Below are positions 13,320 to 28,334 of a stretch of 64,000 nucleotides of DNA, piece by piece. Source of the DNA: the human T2T-CHM13v2.0 reference genome, Homo sapiens; NCBI RefSeq assembly GCF_009914755.1, contig NC_060932.1. One strand, given 5' to 3'. The notes beneath the pieces were generated by a model. The model was not told the origin of the DNA. It ran no database searches and saw only the letters and a list, made by a program, of their open reading frames with translations. A program made the translations under genes and the position numbers. Each line of letters opens with the position of its first letter. Positions within the stretch are counted from its first letter, which is position 1.

Positions 13320-13775
13320 GAAATGCAAATGCAAATGCATGTAGTCTCCCCCTGTCTTTAGTTTGGGAATAAGAAATACATATTTGAACGTAAAGGATTT
13401 TTTGTTGTTGTTGTCACTTTCTGTTTTTATTTCATAAGGCTGCTTAACAGTTTTACTTTAGTTTGGAGAAGCACAGTTCTGAAAACTAAAGGGGGTAAAT
13501 CCCGTCATTATCTCTGCAGGTGAGATGGGTCTGTATCAACTCTAAGACTGAACGACTCTGAAGGTGAAATAATAAATGACGCATGCCTGAGGTCTTTTCT
13601 GGGAAGGAAATCGCCCCCAAGAGAAGGGTTTTTTAGCCCAGAAAGCACTCAGGCTGCCTCTTTGCCTGCCCTCATGGTTGCTGAGGGACGTTTAAGTCAA
13701 ACTGAAAGTACTGCATGACCCGATGAGAATCATTAACCTCATTAGCAACATGGACGAGCAAGATGGCGACCACAT
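13320..13775. promoter_or_regulatory. Candidate enhancer (motif cluster in non-repetitive DNA)
   Basis: Two overlapping octamers ATGCAAAT (13323, 13329), half-CRE TGACG (13577), AP-2-like GCCTGAGG (13585), STAT TTCTGGGAA (13597) and YY1-like CAAGATGGCGAC (13759). Motif evidence only. Confidence 0.3.
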
Positions 13776-13866
13776 ATCCCCTCGGTCTGCCTTGGGGGCT
13801 GTCGTGGCCTCTCCCACCACTCACCACCCCTGCCTGTCCTAATAAGAGGTCTATTGTCTAACATTT

Positions 13867-13925
13867 TAAGAACCCTATTCTATCCACTTATAAGAACCCT
13901 GTTGTCTTCCATTATAAGAACCCTA
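13867..13925. repeat. Short tandem repeat, 24-bp period, ~2.5 copies
   Basis: TAAGAACCCT at 13867, 13891 and 13915. Confidence 0.8.
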
Positions 13926-14160
13926 TGGTCAAAGCCTAGTGTATGACATTCAGAACAAGAAAAGTTTCTGAGGAGTCCTGTGCCCTTGAGGCTGGAGGAG
14001 CGCATTAAATCCACACATTATAGACCTAACTGAGAAGCAGGGGTGCCAGGAAGCATAATTATTCAGAAGAGAAGTCCCACAGCCCCCGACCTCAGGATTC
14101 CCTGCACATTCAGTCAGACACTCGGCCTTCTTCCTACCAATCATTGCCAGTGATCCTCCT

Positions 14161-14696
14161 GGCAGACACAGCCTCCATCCTACATTAAACCCCACACCTG
14201 GAGACACACCCTCCACCCCACATTAACTCCCACACCTGGAGACACACCCTCCATCCTGCATTCAATCCCAAACCAGGAGACACACCCTCCATCCTACAGT
14301 CAACCCCACACCAGGAGACATACTCTCCATCCTGCATTAAACCCCACACCAGGAGACACAGCCTCCATCCTACATTCAACCCCACACTTGGAGACACACC
14401 CTCCACCCCACATTAAATCCCACACCTAGAGACACACCCTCCATCCTGCATTCAATCCCACACCAGGAGACACGCCCTCCATCCTACATTAAACCCCACA
14501 CCTGGAGACATACCCTCCACCCCACATTAAATCCCACACCAGGAAGCACGCCCTCTAACTTGCATTAAACCCCACACCAGGAGACACACTCTCTATCCTT
14601 CATTCAACCCCGTAACAGGAGACATACCCTCCATCCTGCATTAAATGCCACAGAAGGAAACACCCCCTCCACCCTGCATGCAATCCCACATCCAGG
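14161..14696. repeat. Minisatellite/VNTR, 14 x 38 bp
   Basis: Consensus ~GGAGACACACCCTCCATCCTRCATTAAACCCCACACCW. Unit starts at 14161, 14200, 14238, 14276 ... 14656. Confidence 0.95.
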
Positions 14697-14789
14697 TTTC
14701 CTTGGCTGCTGTATCATTCCCTTCACTGTAAAAATATTTGCCTTCCTGTCATCCTTTCCAGTCACAGGCCCTGGTGCTGCTGGCCCTGG

Positions 14790-16427
<1,638 letters not shown>

Positions 16428-17789
16428 ATCTTACATTCTAATATCAAGAGACTTTTACGTCCTAAAGCCGACATTATAACACTTAAGTCTGTAATAAATG
16501 CATATGATTTTGCTATTCAACATTTTAAACATAAGAACATCTTACGTGCGTGCGTGCACTCAGGTGTGTATACAAGCTTATTAGACTACAAGCCTTATAA
16601 ACCTTTTTCTAAGATTAAATCATCTCAGAATGTGATGACATATTGCAGTGCTGGGTATGTTTGAATTGATATTCTGAGCCAAATTATCTTAAGATCTAGA
16701 GTTTCCCTCTAATCTTAATAAATGTTTGTGTTGCTCTACAATAGATTTATATCGTTGAGTATCTTATATTCTAGATTTATATTAAAACATTTAATCCTCA
16801 ATTAATCTATCCAATTAATCCATCCATTGCATAAAGCAAATCAAGCCGAGTAAACTCTGGTGACCTACCTGAGGTCAGACAACTAATAAATAAATGATCT
16901 TGTATATAATCCAAGGTCTAACCTGTGACTTAACATATTTATTAAATTATATCCCAATCAATAACTATTAAACTCTGCTCAAAGTAGATATAATGGTTAC
17001 TGTCCTTTCCCACATACAGAGTTTTTAGGCCAGTTGCTCAATTATATTGGACAATAAAGTCCAATCATAAAACACATCCTTAATGTTCATGGCTGTTATG
17101 TATCAAGATGTTTTTAAACCCCCAAATTTGTGACTACCAAGTAGCTCATAATTTTCTCCATAAATATTATAAATTTTTACTGCCTAATAGTAATTTTCCT
17201 AGACCTTTAATGACTATAAATATAAAACCGATTACAAGCTATTGAAATAAATTCTATCAGTTTTTTTTTGACTTTCAAGTAATTTTTACCTCTCATACTT
17301 CAGCAGCTTTTGCAGTGTCACAATGTATTTTTTGTGGTTAGGAACAATCGATTATAGATTCTTTAACGGCACTAACTTGAGTCACCACGAAATTCAATAT
17401 TATATGCTGTGATTTTTTAATCTCCTGTTTTTTTCTACTTGGAAAACATGTGCTTAGATTATTTCATTTGCAACATCAGTACTAGTATTTTGTTTCATCA
17501 CACACACATTCACAGAGCAAAAACTATCCAACTTGCTACCGTGGGAAAATTGGGGAAAGCGTTTTTACAAGGGTTATCCTAAATTAAGCATTTCTCCACC
17601 AAGGATATATGTTGAACTACAGAAGAGTATTACGAAAACTAACAGGATATTGATATAGTGAAATGTTTAAAATACACATCAATTGCGCATTGAGTCTAAA
17701 TGAAAGGCATTGTCTTATCCCTCTTTGAGGTTACTGCCGCCATCATGGAAGGAAGCCATCTGTTACCAGAGGCAGTGATGCTAAGAAAA

Positions 17790-17940
17790 GCGTGTGAGGC
17801 TCAGAGTCATGGGTCCAACCTCACATATGACTTCAATAAATCACCTAGCATTGCTGGATAGTTTTCCTCCTCTGAGAGAATAGGAGCATATTTGTCTCAC
17901 AAAGTTGTTACAAAAATTACGATAAAAGTGATAGGTGTAG
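17790..17940 (+). mobile_element. MIR fragment
   Basis: GAGTCATGGGTCCAA..GTTTTCCTCCTCTG..TCTCACAAAGTTGTT.. Confidence 0.5.
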
Positions 17941-18683
17941 AGATCAGACATTAGACAGTGAACTCTCTCAGGGCCAGCTCTCTCACGCCCTTCAATTAGG
18001 AGACATAAGAAAGGTCTGTAATTTTTTTTGGTGTTAAAGGCTAAGCAATGACAACAGTTTGCATGTAACTATTATTGTTATAAATCTGCATACAATCCCC
18101 CAACAAATGTTGAGTCAGATATCTTCTTTACTGCAGGCTCTGTCTGATAAGTAGGCTATTAACTACAAGCTGTGGGCTTATGACTACAGTTAATAAGCCA
18201 AGTCTTAAGAATGTGACTGGTAGTGATGGACCATGGAAAAAGTAAATAACACTGTTGGCCATGCCACAGCCTCAGTCCCCATACTCAGGGTTCTACCTAA
18301 CAAAACTGCCAGTATAGGAAAAGCACCCAGAATATCTGTACATGTATATGATAAAGGATCAAACACATCAACTCCTAATACTTGTGTTTTACTAAAATTT
18401 CTGAATCTCATACATAAAATATGTGTTTTCCTTTCTTCCTTTTCTACCTCCTCCTTTCTTTCTTTTGCAAAAGGCTAATCATTTTGTAAAGCAAAGCCAT
18501 CGACATAGGACGTAAGTATGAAACAATATGTTGGCCTGATACTATGAGGTGTTAGAAGAGCGAAGTAGTAATTATTGTAGTACTTGATCACATTCATGCT
18601 TCTGATACTTTCAAGATTTTCACTTTACTATTAGTTTCCTTTTCTAAACTTCAAAATCCAAGTGTATTGAGAAACACTTGTCC

Positions 18684-18995
<312 letters not shown>

Positions 18996-19872
18996 ACACA
19001 TGTCCTTTAAATTACACACTACCTATGAAGAATAATTGACTTGGCTTTTCTCCACTCAAAAATGAGAAATGTGAATGACTCTTGTGATCCTAACCACAGT
19101 GTCATGTCTTGCTGCAAATTAGATGAAGGGTATTTCATCACTAAATCTTACTTTCTTAACTAAAACTCTCACCTAAACTGAAGGAGACATTTTATAAAAG
19201 TGTCATGTCAAGCATGATTTAACAGTCGTAAGATTGCCTTAATTCACTGCTATCTGGTTAAAACCCTAATTGACGTTTGGAAATGAATTGAATGTCAGGT
19301 GCCTCGAAATCTAAAAGACAAACATTATTTTATTTATTTATTTATATATTTATTTTAGGGGCAACAATCTTGAATAAGTGTAAAAGGAGGAAAAGGATAT
19401 TGAAATTCACAAGAATTCTTTGTTCCAAAAAGTTTTCTGCAGTCAAGCATAATTTGGTTATTCATAAGAAAAGGAGGAAACAGGAAGAGGATAGACGTGG
19501 TGTCATGTCTACATGCACCTGCAGATCAAAACCACAAGGATATGTTGCTCTAGGTTTATTAAAGCTCATTGTTCTGTGCACTGGCACTGAACTGCACAGT
19601 TGGAAAATGCTATCACTTATCCACAACGTTCCAGCTTCAAGAACAATGACATGCATTTTAATAGAAGCAACAACATTCATATTGAAAACATATCATTTTC
19701 TTCAATTTTTTCTTTTTCTTTTTGAAGTTAACACTGTTGTGACAGGGAAGATCAGCTTCTTTGTATGCAGAAGTGCCCACTCTCCGCCAGCCACATCTCA
19801 AATTTGAATGTTAAAAGCCTCTCTTCATTGACATATTAAAAGTACCTACATTAGTTTTTCTCAGTGACTAAG

Positions 19873-20222
19873 TACTATGTTCTGAAAGTGTTTTCCACAA
19901 AATTCATGTGTTGAAAACCTGACCCCGAATGTGATGGTATTTGGAGATGGGACCTTTGGAAATGCTTTGATTAGGAAGAAGGAGCTTTCATGAACGGGAT
20001 TAGTGCCCTTATAAAAGAGGACGCAGAGAGCTCTCTCACACCTTCCACTGTCTGAGGACACAGGGAGAAGGCCCTGTCTATGAACCAGGAAATGATCCCC
20101 AACCAGGACACCTTGATCTTGGACTGCCCAGATGCTCCAGATCTGTGAGAAGCAAATTTCTGTGCTTTATAAGCTATCCAATGTATGGAATTTTGGTACA
20201 GCAGCCCCAACAGACTAAGATA
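19873..20222 (+). mobile_element. MLT1A0 solo LTR (ERVL-MaLR)
   Basis: AAATTCATGTGTTGAAA..GATTAGTGCCCTTATAAAAGAG..CCTTGATCTTGGACT..GCAGCCC..GACTAAGA. 5-bp TSD CTAAG/CTAAT. Confidence 0.9.
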
Positions 20223-21329
20223 CTAATAAAATAAAGATGTAAGATCTCTGTTGAAATGCACAAATAATATCTGAGAAGAAGTAGAGTATCTTTAGGATAT
20301 TTCATGAAATTTCATTTGAGTTGGTTAATTATTATTTGGCCATATATAAAGAATCTAATCCTGAGAATTTCAAGCGGAAGCCATATCCAGTACTTGGATG
20401 AACCAATGTCACCCTAAAATGCCTTAATGAGGTGAGACTAATGCATGGAGAGCTTAAGGTAAAACGGCGGGGGGTGGGGGAACATGTGATCCCTTCTGCC
20501 TGAGAGGTTCTGGCATCTGGTTAAGAGTCTACCATCAGCCAGTGAAACAGATAAGTCAACCATTAACCCCTGCCTAAGTACTAACCTACACAAGTACATC
20601 AAGTGCTACAGGAGTTAAATGAAATGGAAGATTATTCTTCATAGGACTGAGCACAGATTCCCAGGAGTTAACTCTTGACTTAGACCAAGAAAGATGAACA
20701 GAAAAGACATCTGTAAGCGAAGGCTGCCACCAGACTAAAGCAGGAGGTTGTGAATGAACAAGACTTACACGAAGTGATCTATGGGACCCATCCATAGAGC
20801 TGGCGATTGCAGACACAAGTTTAGAAATGGGCCGAGGCTCCTGAAGCAGCCTCTCTGCAGGACTGGAAGATGTGTGGCAGCCACCGGCATTCCTGAACCA
20901 CCTCAATCTGCTCTTCCATGGAAACTACCTTTGCTACCAAGACGTCCATTTCTCTGTGTGGCCATTTGAGACCTGCTTATCCTTGAGGTCTGAATTCAGC
21001 AGTCTACACTAGATATCACTCCTAAATGTTCCTATCCCATCTTTTGGCCGTTCCTTTAGTACAATTCTGCGCTGCTTTTTTAATTGAGTGTTTATATTTA
21101 CACTTTATTCACCATTTTATTCTAGGACATGGAAGATTGCACCTGACGAATAGATGGCAGGTGCTAAATAAACACTTGTTAATGAATGAATGGTGTGGTG
21201 TACGGCCACACGGTGTCGCTGCTGCCGCTGAAAACTGGAGTCGTGGCTGCTCCCAGAACAAAAGATCTGGGCTAACTTGCCCCCAGATAATCATGAGAAA
21301 CTGGTGGTTGGAGAGATAAGAACAGTCTC

Positions 21330-21570
21330 TGCACTGTGGGCGCCTTCTTGCTCTGTCCCCACGTAGCTTTTCCTCGGTGTGTGAACAAAAAACAGAAATA
21401 GACCTCTGTGTTGTCTGTTGTAACTGATGTGCTAATCTTGATTCTAAGGGCGGGGTGTTCATGACCTCATGGAATCTCAATTTTATCCCAAAAGCTCTAA
21501 ATACCATCGTATTGGTGGGAGTTAAGTCTTCAACATTCGAATTTAAGGGGACGCATTCCATCCATAGGAG
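21330..21570 (-). mobile_element. MLT1 (A/B-like) LTR fragment
   Basis: CCTTCTTGCTCTGTCCCCACGT..CATGACCTCAT..AAATACCATC.TATTGG..TTCAACAT..GAATTT..GGGGAC..ATTC..TCCATAG. Confidence 0.65.
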
Positions 21571-22524
21571 TCCCTTTCCAGGGGACTTCAAGAATAGAAA
21601 AATTATGTTGCTTTAATCCTAGAAAAAAGACTTCCTCCGTCTCCACCCACAGTGTGTGTGATTCATCTTTCAGAGGCATCTCTCTCCTGTCCAAACTCAA
21701 GAATGGACCAAGGGTGCAAAAAAGAAAACGAACAACATCATTTTTGTTAGATTTCGTAGGCTACATCATAAAACTCACATACAAAAATGCACTGGAAAAA
21801 AAGAAATTTTAAAATTTATATAGCCATTCATACTCATTAATCAAAAGACGTGTTTTGTTTTTTTTTTGTTTGTTTGTTTTTTGTTTTTACTCAGGGTACT
21901 TAGCACACCTAATGCTCTAAAGGCTATGTAGTATGCCATGTCCACAAGTACCTGCTGAGTGTGATTTGGAAACCTAATTCACATGCTTTTTAGAAAACAA
22001 ATCTTCTAAGTAATGGTACATACATGAATCTACTCAAAGTGCTCCGAATATTTTCTTGTGCTTTTATAAAGAATTCCATCTAGTCTTTTCTCGCAGGGAT
22101 CTCATGACACTGGCCTGCTCAACTTACTGAGGACCTGAAATGCATCGACCCTTTTAAAATGGGTCAGCCTGTTGCCATGTTTTCCTGAAGAATTTTATTT
22201 ATTCTTGTGATATGTAAGTTCTCACATGCAAGTGTAATGAGGAAAAAATGTGTCCCCCATCTGGACCCCTAGTCTTTTTCTTTTTTTCTTTGAAACATTT
22301 GTTTTTGTAACTTGAGAACACTCAGAGGAGAGGAGACATCCTGCCATCCTTTGATTCTAACTGAGGAATAGCGGAACCGGCTGACACATCCCGCAGCTGA
22401 GCCGCAGCTTCCGCCAACAAACCATTTGTGTTTACCGTGAAATTAACCTAGTTGCCAAAATGCTAAGCTACCTAGCAAGTGATTCGTGATAATCACTGTG
22501 AGCAAAGAGGTTAATGGATATTGC

Positions 22525-22564
22525 TTTTTTTTTTTTTTTTTTTGTTTTTGTTTTTTTTTTTTTT
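22525..22564. repeat. T-rich low-complexity tract
   Basis: About 40 nt of T with isolated G. Confidence 0.9.
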
Positions 22565-23169
22565 GTAATTTCATTTTTTCCAGGTTTCCTGTAGGCCCAG
22601 CACAGGGCTTCAAACGGTGGGATAAAAACACCGTATGTTATCAGTAAGGTCTTCGATCAGGAACTGAAATGCCACGGACAACACATGATGTACGTCTGCG
22701 GGAATTCATAGATCTATAATCCATCGCATCACCTACCTTCCTGAGGGGCTTTATTTGTAATTGGCACACTGATCGGAATTCTTACAGAAACTAGAACGCA
22801 GGAAACAGTATAGTATAGTAGTTTAGTGCATGAGTCACACAAACCAAGATTTCATCCCCACTCGGAGAAAGGGGTGAAGACGAGACGAAGCACCCACTCT
22901 AGCCAGTCAAGAATTTTTCTCCTACACCCCGGGTAACACTGTGACATTTAACAACAAACAGAACTGGCTGTATTCATGGGCCAGAGTAGGAATCTGAGAT
23001 GATTTGCTCAAAAAAGTTAGCGAGATTTCATGTGACTTAGAAAAATTCAACGTGATAGAAAGTTTTCAATACTAAATGAGCTGACAAATTTAAGCTTAGG
23101 TTGTAAACCTACCTCTTAAAAGAATTCAGCCAAAATCAATGTTAAAATAATGAATTGCATGCTTATTTA

Positions 23170-23300
23170 AACTCTTCAAGCTTTGGTCCCTTCATCTGTA
23201 AAATGGCAATAATCACTGTGCCTTCGAAGACTGCTGGATTAAAATGGCTTATCTCAATACATTTTACAAGGTGGGCAATTACTAAATAGTAGCCCAAATT
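23170..23300 (+). mobile_element. MIR fragment
   Basis: CCTTCATCTGTAAAATGGCAATAATCA core. Confidence 0.6.
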
Positions 23301-24028
23301 ATTAAGTCTATGTTGCTTTCCAAATATAGAAGTCACTGAACAAAATGGAACAGAAGCATCAGTGACAGGCCAGGCAATGGTATAAATTCAATTTCCAGGC
23401 CTCTCAGCTAAAATTGTAATCAGAAACAAGTTCAAGTTCAGTTTCCTCAGGAAGCAGTTACACTGAGGACCAACTATTTTCTCACACACACAAGATCTTA
23501 AATCGCGCTCCATTGCTTCATGGATATATGTGTTGCCATGGACAGATAACAACCTCCTTATGATTACGCCTACAATTTTATTCTTCACTCACTATCCTCC
23601 ATCAAGAACTAGCTACTTTGCACGGAAGCCCTAAAGAAATTCTTACTGATTGAAACTCATCAAGCTCCCTTCGCCTTTCCATATTTGCACCAACTTTGCA
23701 AATCAATTGTTTAATTTTTTCCGAAGTAGACGTCCTGCCCTTTGGTCCTGAAGAGATTCAGAGTGAGGGTGTTTATATTAAGAAACAAATATTGAGAGGG
23801 AATGTTAACTCCTTGAACAGTAAATAAACTAATCCTTCAACAGAAAACATTATTTCTGAGACTCAGTTTCCGTTTATATAAAATGAGGTATTGATACACA
23901 CCCAGGCAGTTTTTTGTGAATATTTAATATGTATACCCTAAACGGTAAGAGCTTTGAAGTGAGGAATAAGGTAATATGGCTAAACGGTCTTCACTCTTGA
24001 ACATGATGCTATACTGCAGTCAATACTA

Positions 24029-24306
24029 CTTTTTTTTTTTGTTTTTGAGTTGGAGTCTTGCTCTGTCAACCAAGCTGGAGCACAATAGTGTCATCACAAC
24101 TTACTGCAGCCTCAACCTCCTGCCTCACCCTTTCTGGTAGCTGAGACTGGAGGTGTGCACCACCATGCCCAGCTAATTTTACTTTTTGTAGAGACATGGT
24201 TTTGCTATGTTGACCAGGCTAGTCTCAAATTCTTGGGCTCAAGTGATCCTTCTTCCTCAGCACCTCAAAGTGCTGAGATTGTAGACATGGGCCACAGTAC
24301 CTGGCC
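24029..24306 (-). mobile_element. AluJ
   Basis: Reverse Alu with AluJ diagnostics (ACTGCAGCCTCAACCTCC, GGGCTCAAGTGATCCT). Confidence 0.9.
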
Positions 24307-27300
24307 CAAAAATAATTTTTAAAAAGGGAAGCTTTATATTGTATTATTTTTTTCTGGACAATGCCTTATGTTCCTTAAACAGAAGTCTATCTAAATAATA
24401 AAATGTGAAGCTTTCCTCTCACTGGCGGAGAAGCAGAGTCTCCAGGAGTTGTCTCCTGGGTTGGCTCAGGGTGACAGAGGCATGCACAGGCCTACTGGGC
24501 GGGACGAACCACATCATGTGCTTTCCAGCACGTTGCTTAGTTTTTCTACCCTAGGAGGCCTCAAGAGATTGTAAACGTTTTAAGATTGAGACACAATTTT
24601 TTCAGTCATGTTTGCCCCTGGCCTAAAAATGTCTGGTAAGTCCAGTCCTGGAATCCCAAAGGACATCTTAGAATGCCAAGTACGTCGATATTAACACACT
24701 CCCACCCTATAAAATGGGCTGAGGGTCTTCTATGTGCCAGACCCTGTGATTCTTTCACTAGGGACTAGAGACATGAATGAATGTGCTTCCTCCTTCTCAG
24801 CTTGGTCCTCCTCAGCATGTGCGCGAGGGTGGTCCTCCAGCTCCCAGCAAGGACTGGGGCAGCCCAAAGCACATCTGCTAACTCCGCCCTGAGCACACAT
24901 GGTATACCCTAGAGTCACAAATCAATACTGTGATTCCCTCATGGACAAAGATGGGAGCACACTGCCTTAGGGTAAGGAGGCACATTAAGAGGTGACTAGA
25001 GGCACAGGCCCCATGGTCAGACAGGCTTGAGGTTGATTCTGCTGGTGATTAGTTAGACAATGTGTCCATATTACTTAACTCTAAAGGACTTCAGTCTTCT
25101 CACTTAAAAAACAGGAAGAATGAAACCAATGAGGTCATTCCTGTGTCTTGAAGCCAACAACCCTGGACTATCCTTGGCCCTCAATACCTGTTAGTTGTTT
25201 GGGGCAGGTCAATATTATCCTTCTCTTGCTTCTAATTAAAGTTTTCATTGCCATTACATTCCCAGTTGGGTAAAGAAGACTTAGGCAGTAACTTTTGTAA
25301 ATGCTTTGGCCCACACTCAAAGTCATACTAATAAGTACATTTTTAAAAATCGATAGCAAATGCAATTTTTTTAGCAAATGCTTTTTTGAGTTTCTAGGTT
25401 AAATTTATTAATAGTTCTACATATGATTTTCTACCCTGTTCTTCTGTAGAGAGTAGACAGCCCAGAGTCCCATTTTCCTGCTTCCCATCACTATGGCTAC
25501 AGGATTAGGTTCGAAAACCTGCTTTTGCTGAAATATCACACATCCCTGAACAAAAATAACTTCAAATGTTTAAACTTATGTCACATAGTATTTTCTTAAG
25601 GGAGATTATGTGGGTTAAAACAATTTACTCCCCAATTAAAATCATTACGTTCTCCACCACAGTTGAATGAACTATCTTCTTACATTAGAGATACAGTTGA
25701 GTCTCACGTTTCACATCCTGCCAAACTCAGAATTCCATTACAGTGGATGCTGAGGTTGGATGTACTCTGTTGCATCAACTTCTTCTTTTTGTGTGGGCAA
25801 CACCAGTGCTAAGGAGAAGATTCCTCTGCCCTTCAACCTTGGTGGAGCTGCCAATGAAGCTGTTTTCTCATTTGGCCATGGTTGGGATCTATCTAACTGT
25901 GATTCATCTTAACTCCTCTTTCTCCTGGAGGCTGGGTCCTGGAGCCATCAGTGCAAGGAGAGATGTAGCACCCTCAGATCAGCTGCCCCACCCCAGTCTG
26001 GTCCTCAGAGCTGGTTTTGGTGGTTCCAAAGCAGTTCCAGCATGTTATGTGCCACCCCATAACCCTCCAGTAAATCCCCTAGCCACCTGCCTCTCTTAGA
26101 AGGCATTTCCATCTAGAGAACCCAAACTGCTGCAGCCATGCTCGGGGTCACAGAGCATTGCATTATGTTGGGTGGCAGAACATCGCATTATGTTGTTTTG
26201 GGAAAACTGGTTGCTTTATTGTGGAAAGGTGGGTGGTGGTTTCTTAATGATGACAATGGTCTATCTTTCACGTTAGTTCCATTCTCACAGAAAAGGTCAA
26301 GATATTTACACAATTTCTGCCTGAATGTGTCTACACTATTTTGGAATATAGTGAAAAACAAAGTATCCTTATCCTTTGCAGCATTAGCAGTTTGCATAAG
26401 TAAAATAGAGTTGAATTAGTAAGTCATAACAAAAAATAATGCACTTTTAAATCCAAACCTCTTTTACCAGTGATTTCTTAAAAATACATACGGCGTGTTC
26501 TGTGTTTTCAAGAAGTCCCACATATTTCTTGACAAGAAAATCATGCATTTTTATTACTCAATTAAGCTTTAAATAAAGCTTCTTAAATACTAAACCAAAT
26601 GTTGATTGTTATTTTTCTATCTAAAAGTAAAATAAACATTATTTAATCCCAGATTTCCAAATAAACAAGGCCACTGAGGTTCCCTTAACTGTGATTTTGA
26701 CAACCGGCTGCAGAGCGTAGCTTGTGCTAACCTGTTTCATGAGGGGCTGGCAGCCTTTTCACTGGGAAACCTCTGATTGCTTTGACCCTTATCACCTTGT
26801 ACAAGTTAAACTTCTGGTGTTGCTGCATCTTTGCTAAAAAGGAAACTCCTGCATTCTGGCTATGCCCCATTTTGCAGGCATCACAGTTGAGCACCTTTGC
26901 CTGCTCTGATCCCTGTAGACTTCAAGATTCACTTGTGAACTTATTTCCACATCTCAGATAACAATCTAAAATAAGATGAAATGACACAAAGCCTGCAGCA
27001 AGAATCTGGAAACTAACCTGATTGTGTAGTGTCCTCTTAGAAGCCTGTGCCTCCTGCCTTTTTATTTTATCTTTTAGCTCAAAATGAACTCCTTTCACAC
27101 TGAGGATGGCTATCCAATCTCATTCCCAGTGCCTTTCAACAAGTACTCCCCTTATACACTCCTGGCTCCCATCCCCTAATGTAAATGTACCACAATTTAA
27201 AAAATGCAGTTGATGCCAATGTTGCTCTTCCTTTTTTCTGTGCCCTTTGAATTTAATTTTTTCTTATAATAAAAGTGACAGCCAAAAATATCCATACTAT

Positions 27301-27499
27301 CTATTTTTTTATTTGGTGTCTATGTGAGGGCGTAGCATGGGGTAGCATTTTTTAAAATATTGAGTTATGTATTCATTCAGGCGCATGTTACTGTAAAGAA
27401 AATAGTTTAAAATTATTTTTCCATTACCAACTTCTGACAATTATACCTTCTAAATACCCTTTAAGTCTGTTCAATTATTTCCAGCCAACGTCTCAGTGA

Positions 27500-28095
27500 A
27501 AACCCATCTGACTGACTAGTGTTATTTCTTAGTCTTTTAATGAAGCTACCCCTATGGATTTGATCACTGAATTACTTATCCTCTACATAGAATCCTCTAA
27601 ACCTGTGTTTCAATGAACCCTAGCTTCACTGATGGCCCTACAGCTTGTCTTCTTAAACAAATGAAATCCTGATCGTGAACTCTCCAGTCAAACAAAGTCC
27701 ATGACTTGTAGCACACTAGAATAGAATTTGACACCCTTCATATACACCACAGGGCCCTAAATAATCTCACCACAATTCATTCCCTTTACCTGCTGTAACC
27801 CCCTGGAACATATTTCACGCCTTTGCCTATTTTTCCTTCAGTTCTCACCTTCGAGTAGCAGGTCCTCAGGGAAACCCTTCCCACTTAAGTACTTGCTAAC
27901 CCCATGTTAAACTTCCTCATAGCACTTTATTATCTCAGTCACTACATCTCCAACTGCAGAAGTCGCTTCATGCAGTGACGATGTGTCTTTGAATGTCTGT
28001 GCCCCCAGGAGGGCAGGGTCTCTAGTGCACCACTCTATGTCCATGCTTAGCACAAAAGATGGACACAGCAGACCCTAAATACCCGGAACACAAGT
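27500..28095 (+). mobile_element. L2 fragment
   Basis: GGCCCTAAATAATCT.., CTCAGGGAAACCCTTCCC, ATAGCACTT, CAGGAGGGCAGGG..CTATGTCCATGCTTAGCACA. Confidence 0.55.
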
Positions 28096-28191
28096 TTAGA
28101 GGATTTCTATGTAGAGGAGAAATAATTCAATGATCAAAATCATTACAAATGGTATTTCTTCCATCCAGATAAGAAATGGGATTTGGAGTGA

Positions 28192-28334
28192 TTTTTTTTT
28201 TCTTTTTTTTTTTTTGAGACGGAGTCTCGCTCTGTCGCCCAGGCTGGAGGGCAGTGGCGTGATCTCAGATGTCTGCTCACTACAAGCTCCACCTCCTGGG
28301 TTCACGCCATTCTCCTGTCTCAGCCTCCCAAGTA
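28192..28334 (-). mobile_element. 5'-truncated AluY (right arm only)
   Basis: AluY diagnostics (CAAGCTCC, GGTTCACGCCATTCTCC). TSD TGGAGTGATTTTT (28184-28196) / TGGGGTGATTTTT (28335-28347). Confidence 0.9.

Noticed and set aside
14161-14696. Regularly spaced 38-bp repeats resembling a CRISPR array
   Set aside because: The units are head-to-tail with no unique spacers, there are no cas genes, and the context is primate DNA. It is a minisatellite.
19292-19807. 171-aa plus-strand ORF
   Set aside because: It runs through T/A low-complexity tracts, has no recognisable domain, and shows the F/L/I/K bias of AT-rich non-coding DNA.
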